From Phoronis australis (Eukaryota > Animalia > Phoronida), in the NCBI GenBank assembly GCA_002633005.1, contig NMRA01000287.1, positions 264,238-328,237 of the forward strand: 64,000 bases of DNA, given 5' to 3'. Below the pieces are notes generated by a model. That model was not told where the DNA came from. It saw nothing but the letters and a program-made list of their open reading frames with translations, and did no database searches. Below are positions 38,605 to 51,521 of the stretch, in pieces. The position numbers and the translations under genes were made by a program. How positions within the stretch are numbered: the first letter of the stretch is position 1; each line of letters begins with the position of its first letter.

Positions 38605-40610
38605 CTATAAATCACAAGTATATTTATCTGTAAGTACATGTAAGACTTGGTGCTCGAGACAAAGACCCGAGTGGCCAAAATTTGCTGCGTGTACGTGTAC
38701 ACCTACACAATAAAACCCATGGGATGGCTATTTTTTCCAGTTTGTACGTGACTGAGGGAAGTGAAACCGAAATTTGGTGACGAAAGCATTCAGCAAATGT
38801 TTTGAGTCGTTACAAACAGGGGATCGCAGCAGTCTGCTGTATTTCATTCACATTGATGAACTTTTCAAAATTCTTCTAGATGAAAGATTTTGTCAAATAT
38901 TTGATCGATACTGAATAAAAGATAATCGCGTATTTCAATTCTTTGTATGTTTGATTATGCACCAACCAGGTATTTAATGCCCGCCATAGAGAGGGAAGTT
39001 TGTCCTCATGCTATGTAGGAAAATATTTTGCAATAGACCTCAAAAATGTGTATTATACAAGAATAGCGGACAATACGCTGGCGGAGTCCAGTGGGCTTTT
39101 ATGTGGGATTTTCTTTTTTCTAGGAAATTAAATTGACAGAAGATGAAATGAAATTGTGATTTCATGTCGTAAAGGAAATCAAGGTAAGCACATCGGAGTG
39201 AACACTTCCGTAAATATCGGTTACCTCTGCGTCTTTCATTGTTTGTCTACCGTGGTTCATTGCCATGATTGTTGTATGTATTTTTGCGACGAACGATACC
39301 CTTTGTTTAAGATGATGTACCTCTTACATTTCCTCACTAAATAATGTTTTCAAGCCGCAGAAGCTCTTGACCTGGTTATATAAAAAGATCAACACTTGAT
39401 TTGGATGTCATTATACTGGCGGCAAATTCGCACTGCTGTTCGGTGGGGTTTATTATTACGTCATGCATGAGGTCAACGCATGAACAAATGGATCATGGCA
39501 GTTCTTACATACATTTCTCGCAGAGAAGAATTACCTGCTGATAAAGCCAGTGACTGCAGCTCATAAAACGTGAAAATTTCGATCCCAACCGGTCTAACAT
39601 GAATAAATTAGTGAATTAAAACTAATTAAGCATTGGGAGCGGAAGACATCGGAATTTTGATCTCCTGGCGTTAAATTGACGAACCACTGTCAGTGTGGTA
39701 ATTGAATTTATGTCCACCAAAATCTGAGTCCGGGTGAATTGGAAGTCATTTTCTCATTACTCTAGAGAGTGTCATTGTGAAAAGTCCTCCATTATAATAG
39801 ACCTGTGCACTCTAGACTAGGTCTGATAGTAAACCTTCTCCAACATCTCGTTGCTCCTTTGGCCTAAGGCAGACACTCGTTAAAACATCACTGAAACCTG
39901 CCACTGTGAGACGTTCACACACACCTACTCAGGAACAAACATCGAAACATATTTTAACTCTTCCCTTGGAATGCAGCAGGTAACCATTATCAATTACGAA
40001 CGTTAGTATATTTTTTATTGAAACGAGTTTCCCACATTTACAGACCATGAGTTTGACTGGCCAGACGATGTGTGTGACTTGGTTGCAGCGGAACCTCTCG
40101 GATTCTAAAAGTAAGCCATTACAGCAACTTGCATGGCTGAGTAAAAGTATACCCAAACACAGCTACAGTATATGATGATCAAGCAAAACATGTGAACTTT
40201 ATTTAAGAAAAACTCCTACTCAAAATACTACAGTTACATGTATGTTCGGTGGGTTTCCCGACATTGATAACGTGCAAGTGAAGGGACAGTAGGCAAAGGT
40301 AAACGACTCTGATAGCTGAAATTCCACTTAACGACACAAGTAGTGTGAAAAATTGATAAAAACAAGTTGAAGAAATTCACCGGTACCCAGGCCGGTGCCT
40401 GGAGGTGGGTTATAATACACTGTACGTGCGATCATGCACAATATGAGTTTGCAAACTTGTGAACAAGAATTAGGAACATACACGTTCAATTTCATCAGAA
40501 TTCTCCAGGCATCACAGTAAATGGGTACGTCCCAAAATGAGGTCAGATGTACTGTGTATTTCCGATGGAAACGCTTATAGAAAAATAGCCGAAGATCAAT
40601 GAAAAAAACT

Positions 40611-43481
40611 GTTAAAGTACACATGCTCTCAACGGGATGGCATTTTTGGAACTACATCTCTATTCATTTACTCTCATGCTGCCTCACCGAATTATGCCCG
40701 AGTGTGGTGCGGTCTTTTTAGTCGAGATGCATCAGCTTCCACAGTCTGTTTGGTCAGAGGTTCAAGCGGGAAATTTTGTAGTCAAGCGATCTTCTCATAT
40801 GCTCTGTCAGGTAGATTCTGACCAATGGGTAAATGGGGCAAGCAAAACGGAGGTGGCATCATCGGTAATACCAAAACCACGTCAGCTCTATGGAGGTGGA
40901 CACTCTCATTGCATCTGAGATATCATATAGCTGAACAAACTTACCGCTGTGGGAGTACATAGTTTCACAACGAAGCCACGAAAGCCAGGAAACTGTGCGG
41001 AAATTATGTCGAGAGTTCCCGTTTTTACACTTTCCATGAATTGAAGGTCTTCTCGTCCGCAAGGCCTTAGCTGCTACAAACCCTTTCAACAAAAGACCTA
41101 GAGCAACAGCACCAATCCAAGAGTAACTTTTGCATACCAATGAACATGGACACGGGGACACTAACAAATTAAGAATTTTTTTCAAGACAGATTATCATTG
41201 AGCAATGCGATAATTCAGACATGTCAATTCATGCACCTATGCGCAAAAATAATGTCCCAACATTTGCCAACTTATATGATGTGGTGAAACAAACCAAAGA
41301 TAAAGATAAAGATAAGAAAATAGTTCTTAAGGCAGACAGAGATGCACTTGGCTGTCTAGCTACGGCTTATGAGGCGGGTCGGTCAGTTGATTTGCCGTCT
41401 GTGCTCAAACGCGAGCTTCTTCCAGTCCATGTTGTCTTGCAGAAACGAGTGGCACATTGCGCACTGGATATAAATCTTCACTTGTCGAAGTATTAATAGC
41501 TACCACATCGACTGTCCTGAAACAATTCAGCTTCATGACACGTCCGCTTGCCTCATTATTGATATTGAAGCATTGCTGGTAACTCTTGGGAAGCGTGATG
41601 GTGATGTGACCTTCGAAAATCTGGCTGATTCATTCATGAAAACAGTGCTAAACACAGGATTTCGATATCATAAAATTGATATTGTATTAGACAGATACAG
41701 ACAAGAAACAATGAAGGACACAACAAGAAAACAGCGCAGTAAAGGAACACGGCAAATCAGGTCATTTTTGGAAGGCCGTGATGTACCTCTTCCTCAAAAC
41801 TGGTCAAATTTTTGGCTGAGAATAAAGCTGAACTAGCACATTTCTTGTCAGAGGAACTGTGTTTGTAGACACCTGAAGATAAAGAGGTTATGGTTGCAGG
41901 AGGTTAAAAGATGAGCTGGAAGTCAAATCATCCAAGGATATGACTGATTTGAGGACTCTGAAATTCACACATGACGAAGCAGATGCAAGACTGGTACTGC
42001 ATGCTGTCCACAGTCAGCCGTGTTTTCCAGGGACACCCGATGTTCTACTGCTTCTGGTATCGCACTTCCAATAAATGCAATGTGAGCGTATCTGACTGAT
42101 GTCATATATACCTATTGCAGCACTTTTCAACAAACTACTACGAGACTCAGCAACATCCTTGTTTGCTTTTCATGCCGTCACCGGGTTTGGCACCAACTCG
42201 TACTTTNCTCGAAAACTGAGTACGTGCTCGAAATTTCGAGTACAGATTTTTCGAGTATGACATTAAATACACCAAAGCTGAGTCTGTACTCGAGTTGAGT
42301 ATGAAGTGTGAGTTTGAGCATGATTCGAGTCTGAGTACGGAGATTGGAGACCGGGCCCAGAACAGACCTGTAGATGTAGCACGCCATTTACTATTCTCCA
42401 AGCCCGTGAACCCAGAAGTCCTTCACCACAACGCACAATGCCTGCCGTTTCCATCTGATGATAGTGCACTATCAGGTCAAGGTATGGCAAAATGATCATT
42501 GTTACATACCTGAGCTCCCAGTATCCTCTGATATGGGAGGGGCACACACAAACTTATGCTTGCAGCCCATGCTAATGACACAGAGTAAAATCCCAGATAG
42601 CTTCCTAGAGATGGTATTGTGTGCATGTCAGAAACAACGCAACAGTAGAAAATGCAGATGCAAGAAATCTGGATTTCGATGCATATCATTATGCACATGC
42701 CAGCAGCACATTCATGATCAGATTCCTTGTATGCAAACAGTTTGATATGCCTGACTTCAGGCATGTTAAAAAGTACCAAAAAGGGAACACTAAAACTGTG
42801 TTCAACAGGCCTGAAAACAATTCATGCAACAGAAAATCTAATGTCCTCAATAACAATAACTAAATTGTTTTTTATGAATGGAAGATAACGGGATAATGTG
42901 AACATTTGTATATTCCGTCAAAATAGTGTCACCTTGCTTAACGAGCATTGCAAATTAACGACTATTTTTTCCTCATTATGTAAGTATACATCTATAACCC
43001 AATAAATATGAAATAAATTTCTCCAAAAATGTCTTTAGCATGTTTGTTGACCATGAAAATATATATATTAACACCTCATTTTACAAGTTAGCCTGCAGGA
43101 GCACAAACTTATGACTCAAATTACATTTTATGGTAATGGCGGCACCTAATTTGCATAATTAGTTTTTAGAAATGCATTTTTTAGTTTTCATAAGTGATCT
43201 ATGGCTCAAGAAGTATTTATAAGAAGTGTACAGGTGAGACTTTTCACCATTTTAAATGGTATATTGTGATTTCTATTACAAAAATACATCTGAACTTGAC
43301 AATTTGGCCGCCATTTTGTTTATGCTAATTAGATGGTCAAAAATGCAAAATTAGGCTTGGGAACAGGGTTACTTGAATTCGCCATGCCTTGATTGTCTGA
43401 AAAAGTCTTGTTCCCAACTTTTACTAAAAAATGCTTCTAGAACCTTATACAGGGCTCTTTTCAAGAAATGCGTCTAGACTA
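40611..43481 (+). mobile_element. 3' half of an Academ-type DNA transposon (XPG/PIN-like nuclease plus CXC zinc finger), degenerate
   Basis: LKADRD, IDIVLDRY...K...R, HDEADARLVLHA, LLAFHA.TG, CAC...CRCKKSGFRCISLCTC; terminus ...CGTCTAGACTA. Confidence 0.8.
42181..42360. mobile_element. MITE fragment (…CCGGGCCCAG end) inserted in Academ
   Basis: CTCGAG/GAGTAC-rich self-complementary segment interrupting the Academ coding remnant. Confidence 0.5.
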
Positions 43482-44602
43482 ATAGAAAAATAGCCGAAGA
43501 TCAATGAAAAAAACTTGATAGAAATGAGACACAACAAAAACGCTGGCCATTAAGGGGCATCACAGTTGATGAACCCGTCCGAAAATCAACATCAGATGTA
43601 ATCATCTTGATTGGAATGCAACTATGATATTTCACGATGGTCCTTCGAGCGGTATGGATAAGAGAGGCGTACAACACAAAAGACACGGACGCAATAAAAA
43701 TGTCCCACGGGTTAATAAAACAAGCAGAGTTAACCTGAGTATGGTTAGTTGTGGTAATCGGTAGAAAAATACTTCTTGAATTCAATAAAATTCGGTCATT
43801 TTAAAACGCACGATTATAAGGATCTTTGAATATGTCGTTCAAGAAACATGGGAAATATATTGATGAAAACTTTACTAGATGTTGTCAATAACACGTCACG
43901 AAATTTTTTCAAAGAAGTGCAGTGGTCTTGAAAAGTGCTGGACGATGAGTCAAACACTGGATTAAGTGACCAATAAAATGTATGCTTAACCTTGCTGAGC
44001 AATGTATAATCTTAAGTTTAATCGTCAAATTTTGAGAAATGCCTTTTATCCATGTGACTAAGTACATGTAGAAAGAGAAGACTGAAAGACGGGAAAGTGG
44101 AGAACACTTAAATACAAAATTTTTACGCCTTCAAAATTTTAAAATAAAATTCGACAATCAAAAATTTTAATACCATGTGATTAAAGTACTATATTGTATT
44201 GTGTCTTCGTTACTCTAAGTAATATTTTCGGAGTATGAATGCTTTTAATGAAGTAAAAATCAACACGGGAGAGTAACAGCCTTTCAGAGTAAAGGTCCTT
44301 CAGCACATGTAACATTTGGAATTATAGCTCGATTCTATTCTAATTTTGAAATATCCAAATGGCTTGAACAGGCCTAAAAGTAACACATTTGGCTCATTTT
44401 ATTGATGGAAGCGACCACAAGACTGCTCATTAGGAACAATTAATTCGTAAGAGATTTGCAGTTATAACAAGAACTCTACAGGTGTTGAAAAAAATGTTGT
44501 TAAGACTTGTCGGGCGTATTTTCTAGCCAACACTCAGCCCTAATATCACCAGTTATATACTGTACAACGTTAATTCCATATTAGACGAAAACATTGGCAT
44601 AC

Positions 44603-44638
44603 CTCCACGTTTTCCGTTTCCAGTTGGCTGATTGGTAC
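44603..44638 (-). CDS. Gene B 36-nt stalk micro-exon (GTNQPTGNGKRG), diverged outlier
   Basis: ttacAG|...GGAG|GTATGC, phase 1-1; flanking intron similar to the array unit. Confidence 0.62.
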
Positions 44639-46293
44639 CTGTAAACCATAATTTAGTTTTACAATAAACATTGCTGTCTATAAATGAAAGTTGTTCTGAC
44701 AACAATGAAAGATGCGAGTGGCGAAACATACTGAGTACGTACAAGTACAAAATAAAACGTACATGTATGGGATGTCTACTGCTTCCAATTTGCTCTTATG
44801 TTAGAGAAGTACCGTTTTTAGAATCGTTGCCACAAAGGAATTCCCCATTTTTACTATCAAAAACAACGTTTTTGTAGCCTGGCGCTTCCACAAAACTGGA
44901 CTTCCACACGTCCTCTCTTGTTTCCTAAGCTGTTATTCGACTCCAAATTCGAGGGCATTGTTATCTCGTGATTCAACTTAATTAGATTAAACAACAACAG
45001 TGATCCAGCCTCCAACTCTCAGCTCTGGGACCGAGGAGGCATGTCTTTTCTTCAGACACAGGTTTCCTTTGACGGCGCACTCAGAGTTAGCACACTATAA
45101 CGACTCGCTCTTCTTTCTTTTGGAACCACAATGGTTGATTTCTGGCAACTTTTGACGTGGCTTCACCTGAGAACACTTGCGACATTCTCTGGCCAGGTAT
45201 CCAGCTTCGTGGCAGAAGCACAATTTTCTCTGTAAGATCAGTTTTTTCTGGTCGACCATCATGCTATCTGTCTTGACTGGTTGTTCTAGGGACCTTTCAT
45301 TGACGAATTAGTGCTCTTGATAGCCACGCAATGGGCCTCAACAAACATCAAGCTCACTATCTCTGATACAGACCTGGGTGTCGGATGAGTAGACCTGTTT
45401 ACTTACTGTTGTCGGACCAACAGGTCTCTCAACTCAGCGAAATCTTTGCTGCGGTGGGTTACTGATAAGCAATCATGTCTCCTTCAGCACTCGCCTCCCG
45501 GAACTGTCTGCAAAAAACCTCCCCAGTCAGTTCATACCACTTGAACAAGTCCCTTTGGAATGTATCAGAGTCCAATGCATCGGCCATTGGCGGCGGGTGT
45601 AAAGTTGTAAGCCTTCGTCTGTTAACAGGGGAACTAAACTAGTTGCCCATCACTTGGGCCCAACCCTGGCTCTCGGCATTTTCCTCCAAATCGTTCCAGG
45701 AAGTTATCCATATCGCCCCAATTTTCATCAAATTCAGGCTGCTTCGATTTGACAACATCAGTTGCCCTCACAATGTTACCCTTAGCTGCACCCTGCCAAG
45801 CTTTCAGCGCTTCTTGCTTACTCTCGAATTCCATTCTTTTTTCTCCATCTAATCTCCGTCTTCGAGGGCTTACCTTCTCTCCTGTGTCTCACAAGCTGGC
45901 ATATCTCGGGCTTCCTGTCTTTTCTGTCCACAGAATGTTTCAAATTGTCACCCTACAGACCTATTTCTTGTCCGAGGACCACCGATTCGATTAGTTGTGA
46001 TCTTATCTCCAAGGTGAGTCGCTAATTCCGTCCGTGAACGCTTGGGTGCTCGTCAAGTGTCACGATTTTCCCATGGGTGGGTGGCCGCAGGTTGTTACTG
46101 ACCGGGGATAATAGGCATCGGTGCGATGATAGACCGAATACTGCTTCGAATTAATCACTTTATTAACCTCGACCGTAAGTTCACAAATCTACTCAAACAA
46201 AACGTCCGACGTAATGTCCGTATTGTGCTGCGAAGTCTTGACTGGAGTTGAGCTTCTGCAACTAGTTGATTTAATAACCTCCTGTCTCCTTAA

Positions 46294-47630
46294 AGAGTTC
46301 CCACCATGACCCTGTGTCTCAAAAAGGAATTTTATTATTACATCTTAACAGATTTAATAGCCTTTAGTACACCTGTTGCTACGAAACAATCTAAAAATTT
46401 TAAAAATATATTTTTCTGTTATCGAGTGTGTACGCAATGGGTGGAAGACCGCCTCAGCCGTTGTTGTTTTACCAGTGCGATACTGAGGAGTGAAGAAAGT
46501 CCGCGTGGAGCCGTCTTTTTCAGACATGAAAAGGTGCGTTTGTGGAAACTGTGGTAACAACAACTTGACTGTGAACGTCATAGTGTTCAAATTTCCTAAA
46601 TACGTGAAAGTTGCACAAAATTGGCATCGGTTTGTCATGGGCGGCGCACCATAGGGGCCTAGGGTAGGGCTATAGCCCCCACTTTTTCAGGGCTAAGCCG
46701 CCCATGGTTTATAGGCGATGTAACACAGGAGGGCTGGGGGGGGGGGGGGGTTNGGGGGGGGGGGGGGGGGGGGGGGGGTTAGCCCCCACTTTTTTCAGTG
46801 CTGCGCCACCCATGATTGTGCGTCGAACAAGAGTGTGGAGTGTCAGTGTGGAATATGAGATTCAGTTTGGCGTAAGCCACACTTTGATCGTCACATTTCA
46901 AAGAATCGTGTTTCGACCACACACATCAGCGGGGTTACAATGAATGACTCACCACCAAGTAAGTGCATGTGAAAATTTTGTAAATAACGAACAAACTGCT
47001 TCCATTCTAGGGCGAGTGATGCCAGGCCCTGGACCCTGGCCCAGATCAAGTGCTACTACAAGTAGGCTTACATGTATGCATATTGTGTTTAGACTGTGCT
47101 CATTCCATCACGGCAATAGTGAATACGAGTAACCCAGGTTGGCTGTGGCTTTTGTCAGTAATTATTAAGTGTCTATTTTGTGAGTTGTGACCACCACTTG
47201 GTAGAGTTGTTTGTGGCTCACATATGTCATTTCTCGTGCAAGTGGGTCGAGTTCATACGGCCTGAAACCCGACGAAAGTTCGCTAAATGGGAAATCGAAT
47301 TCATTGTCTGATTCTTCAAGTACTTGAGTATAAGTGCCAGTATCCACTCTCCTCTCTGTCTGCATAATAATTGTCCAATTCTCGCCTAATATTGTCATTG
47401 TCTTCTGACCTGCGGTGTTCCGACATTGCAAATGATTGTCAAGCAGCCAACCGTCTTCCACCCATTGCATCATTTGGCGGGAAACTTAGAAATAAGTAAT
47501 TTTTCTTCAAAATTAAAAAAGTTGGCACTATTTGGCATAAAAAGTGCCTATTTAGCAAGATTGTATGGTATTCAATTCATATTACCTAACTGAAACCTGA
47601 AATAGTAAGAAAATGCATGGTGGGAACTCT
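46294..47630 (+). mobile_element. Non-autonomous Kolobok (second family): THAP remnant on +, KolX-like remnant on -
   Basis: TTAA|AGAGTTCCCACCATG...CATGGTGGGAACTCT|TTAA (perfect 15-bp TIR); MKRCVCGNC..FKFPK..WHRFV|RRTRVW from 46526; FRPYELDPLAR on - strand. Confidence 0.88.
46636..46814. mobile_element. MITE with CATGGG(C/T)GGCGCA TIRs and 5-bp TSD (TTTGT/ATTGT) inside the THAP ORF
   Basis: Removing it restores the THAP reading frame HRFVRRTR. Confidence 0.8.
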
Positions 47631-47894
47631 TTAACTAACTATCTATTTAGTAACGATATAACTCCTGATTCTGTAACAGCTACCCGACTGTAACATTAAC
47701 TCGGCTCGACTTCAACATACTTAACTCCAACTTCAATTGGATTTAATTGACTTTAAATTACCTGTCATTAACCGTGCCTTGATAGTCTCTTACAATGTTC
47801 TGGAACTTTTAACCAATTCAAGCATATTTTAGAACTTTCCGGAATCTACATAATCATTCTGCAAACCTAGACTGTAGAATGTTTCGGACTATGG

Positions 47895-48193
47895 CAGTGG
47901 GGATCTACAGGGGGGAGGGGTTCAGGGGGTTTAAACCCCCCCTCGGGCCAGGACCCAAAAATTAAAAAAAAAACGTCTCCAGCAAAACAAAAACGGCACC
48001 GCCAGGGTTAGTAAACCCCAAGTAAACCAACTTGGAAAAAAGGAGGAGGTGTTCATTCCGAAAATATATGTTTTGCATTGTGAATTGCTGTTATGAAAAT
48101 CAACGCATTTTGAGTCTTCGTGGCTCATCAGCAAAACCCCGCTTCCGTCGACACTTCTGAAGTAGCCAAGCTTTTTAGATGGATCCACCGCTG
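47895..48193. mobile_element. MITE (CAGTGG.GGATC...GGATCCACCGCTG)
   Basis: Terminal inverted repeats of the same type as 6294-6451. Confidence 0.6.
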
Positions 48194-49021
48194 AAGAGCA
48201 GCTCTATAGATGATTTCTTTAGGTAACTACTTTCTTTACTCTAAGATATGTTTTGATTTGATTAGGGGAAAATACTGTGGTGCCGCAACCATGATTCAGG
48301 CGAATTGACGTGCAACGTTTTTACCTCATCTGTCATGCCGTGTCATACTATTACACCCCACACGTTTGTAACTCGAATTTGACAGGTGTATAGTAAAGTT
48401 GTCTTGCGCAACATCATACGGTGTACATGTACATGTACATGTAATACTTTTGAAAAAAAATCGTTTAACGAAGAATTGCTATTGTGGCGGGCGCCGTGGT
48501 CTGGTCGCGAGTCTGTTTGAAGATGCACTCTAACAAGTTATGTCTATACGAGGAATGACCAAGGGGGCACTCACATTGACAAAGTGACCGCATTCGCGAA
48601 CAGTGTAGGCTACAGTACCAGAAATTGCGGGGAGGCTGTATTTTCACAACAAAGTCTTGCGGGACTCGTGCGATGTTCAATAGGCCTCCTAAGGAGCCCT
48701 TGTTCCGACCTCAATACCTACCGTCTTTCTACCTGCAATAAGCACCACTGCCGTTTTCTATACTGGGAATTTCCGCAGAAAGGCCCACCCGACGAAACGC
48801 CCATGCCCATGGGCATTTATTTGATGTTAGTACTTCGGGTTTCAAGCGTTCAGACATTGGGACGTTTATTTAGAAAATTGCAAGAGATGCAAATGGGTCC
48901 TGGCCCCTGGGATACATCGTCAAGGTCTGGAGTAGTTCACGATGAACGGTTCAAATTTAGTTGCGCGTGCTGTAAGTCTTTGGAATGGATTTGGTAATCT
49001 CGGGGGGCTTAGTGCCAACTG

Positions 49022-49172
49022 AGCNATCCGCTGGATAGTTATCCGAACCTTATCCAAGCTTTGTGCAACCCAAATTTATACGCCGGATAACTATCCGGCG
49101 TATAAATCTTATCCGGCGTATAAGCTCTTATCCGCTGGATAGTTATACAGACTTTTATGCAACCGGGCCCAG
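49022..49172. mobile_element. Palindromic MITE fragment (ATCCG/CGGAT repeats; ends TGCAACCGGGCCCAG)
   Basis: Near-perfect hairpin TTTATACGCCGGATA-AC-TATCCGGCGTATAAA. Confidence 0.6.
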
Positions 49173-50808
49173 ATGTATGTGTAAACTACACGTATGAGCA
49201 ACCACTGGGGATTAAAAAGTGTCTAGAGAGAAGTTTTCAATTCAAAGCTTTTTGTAAAGTACGCTTTAGGTCTCGCGACGAACCAGGCCAGCTTGATTTG
49301 TGTATATGTCCAGTTTCAGTGTACTTCTGGTCCCTCGGCGAACTATCTAGTCTTGTGATGTTTTTACCAAAGTGTGCTTTGTAAAACTATTTATCTCAGC
49401 CAGTACTGTTTGGTCCCGCGACAGATCGACTATTTTTATAGAGATAATAAGCATAGGTGTACTTTTGGTCTCGTGACGGACCAGGCCGGAGTTTTTGTGT
49501 ACTCTCAGTGTACATCTGATCCCTCTGCAAACTGCTCTTGTATATCTTTTCACCAAGGTATATAGAATGTTATGGTTTCGTGAAACTGTTTTCAGATGAT
49601 TTGTTTCCTGATACATTTTACGTTTTTTCAATTGTTGTCAACGTGATTCAGCGTAATAAAGTGATACTTAATTATTTATTGTCGCTTTTAATAATAGACT
49701 ATGAGCTGAGAGCACCATCGTTCGCCAGTTTTTCTCGTAAAGAGACAGAACACATGTTTATTTCCGAACTAACAGTACAGGCCTTCGTTCTTAAACAACT
49801 TGAGGCTGCTGTTACACGATCATCTGATATTCAAGTTTTTACACCCCTTCGGTGCTCCTTATGCTCTTGAATATTTGGTAGTTGTCTCAGCCCCTGTATA
49901 CACACCACACTTTTTCGTATACTAAAAAGGTGTGCGTAAACAGGTGTTCAAACAAAAATTTTTGCCGGTGGTGGGACTCATACCCAGATGTGGACAAATA
50001 TGGTTTCACGAAACTTATGAGCCAAGTTCATGTGACGAAATCGAGAAGGGTTTTTAATTATCTTAAGAAAAACTCCAGAGACATCAGTGTTAAGTGCCAG
50101 AAACGTACCAGGATGCATGGAAATTTCACTGTTTGGCTGCAAAAACAAAAAGTTGTCTTACACAACCCCCCTCCCCGACCTCCCCCCCGCCCGCTCGGCG
50201 CCACGCGCTTCGGATTCGACCTTTGCGGGAATCCTAAGCCCCCCCTTACTGAAAACGTAGATCCGCCACTGTATGGTTCTATATTAATCACTAGTAAGTA
50301 AACTGGACTGGTCTAGAATCTTGTCTATTATTCTAATATAAATTATATCATCACTGGTTTGACATAATGGATCATGTCTATCAAGTGCTACGTGCTATCT
50401 GCAAGTAAACTTAACAGTGTTAGTCTACTTCATACAAAAAGCAAATAAAACTAAAAAATATGAAGAATCCGACAAAACTCGACGATTTTAAGGACCGTTT
50501 TTGACCTTGACATGCTGGTTTCGACCTAAGATTCTAAATGTTGACCTGGTTTGGAAGTCAAAATTACTTACATGGAACTTTTTCCTTGTGTCAAAGGCTG
50601 CGTTACGTACGTATATACGAAAGCTGGAAAAATCTTACTATTTCGCACTGCCTACACTTAAGAAAATACAATACAATGCAGGCCAGTAGCCACCGTTGTG
50701 CAGAGGGTTGTTCGAATTACTAAACAGGTGCAAGTTTTGGTCTGTTCCTGTGTCACACTCTTGTCCCCAGTGCTAAGAAACTTTCAATGTCAACTCACTT
50801 ATAATTTT

Positions 50809-51521
50809 TATCTCGTTTTTCCCCGTGTGTGGGTGGGCGCAGGTTGTTACAGACCGGTGCTAATAGCTTTCGGTGCGATGATAGACTGAAGACTGGTTCG
50901 AGTTAATCCTTTATTAATCCCGACCGTACGTTCACAAGCCTACTCAAACAAAACGTCTGACGTAATGTCTGTTTATGCTCCAGCCAGTGCTGAGAAGCCT
51001 AGACTTGTGATGAACTTCTGGGACACGTTCAGCAACTGTTACACTCGTCGATTCAATAACCTGCTGTCTGTATAGCTGGCTCTCTATTGACTATCGCTGT
51101 AACTGCTGATTCTCTTCACTGCAACTCAACTGTAATTCCCCTGATTAACTTTCTTGAACTTCCGGTGAACTGGTTTAATCTTTCATGAACTGACTTGATC
51201 TGACTAACACAAACCCGTGCTAGTGTATTTATAGCCTAATGCATGGTTCTAGAACTTTTCATCAATTCATCGACAAGCACATTCACAGTTTTCCTGAATC
51301 TACCCAATCATTCTACAAACACATACTAGTCTCTAGAATATTCCAGACTGCATCAATCACTGTCATACTAGAGTCTTCTAGAAAGTTCCACACTATACTG
51401 TAGTAAACAAATAACATCATCACTGTACTTAACTCAGGGGTCATGCCAATCAAACAGAATAACAAAACAATACAATACAATACAACTAAAACTACTGTCA
51501 GACTATATTCTGACAGGGACA
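50809..51521 (-). mobile_element. Solo LTR related to the LTR at 46058-47890
   Basis: Clear similarity of 50809-51060 to 46058-46290 and of 51220-51350 to 47770-47880; right boundary approximate. Confidence 0.7.

Larger units (their letters stand above)
36904..38650. repeat. Composite tandem repeat: eight ~200/330-bp units forming a ~732-bp higher-order repeat, with internal 25-bp minisatellite; each unit carries a micro-exon on the - strand
   Basis: Unit starts (TTGACA) at 36904, 37236, 37438, 37636, 37968, 38169, 38366, 38560; TACTGGCGTATTGTCTACCTAATAT about 6 times at ~37033 and ~37764. Confidence 0.92.
45000..47890 (-). mobile_element. Gypsy remnant: gag (PEFDEN..MDNFLERF; CFCHEAGYLAREC knuckle) plus 5' LTR starting at 46058, interrupted by a Kolobok
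   Basis: Gag motifs; PBS-like TGACGAGC next to the LTR; LTR similar to 50809-51520. Confidence 0.7.

Noticed and set aside
36904-38650. CRISPR-like array
   Set aside because: Eukaryotic context, no unique spacers and no cas genes; the units are tandem duplicates
44813-44853. Another stalk micro-exon
   Set aside because: 41 nt, breaks the frame and has no similarity to the 36-nt exons
48580-48990. BEL/Pao integrase tail remnant or the 137-aa ORF as a gene
   Set aside because: Only scattered short motifs (PMG, LRRPI) and no splice support; too degraded to call
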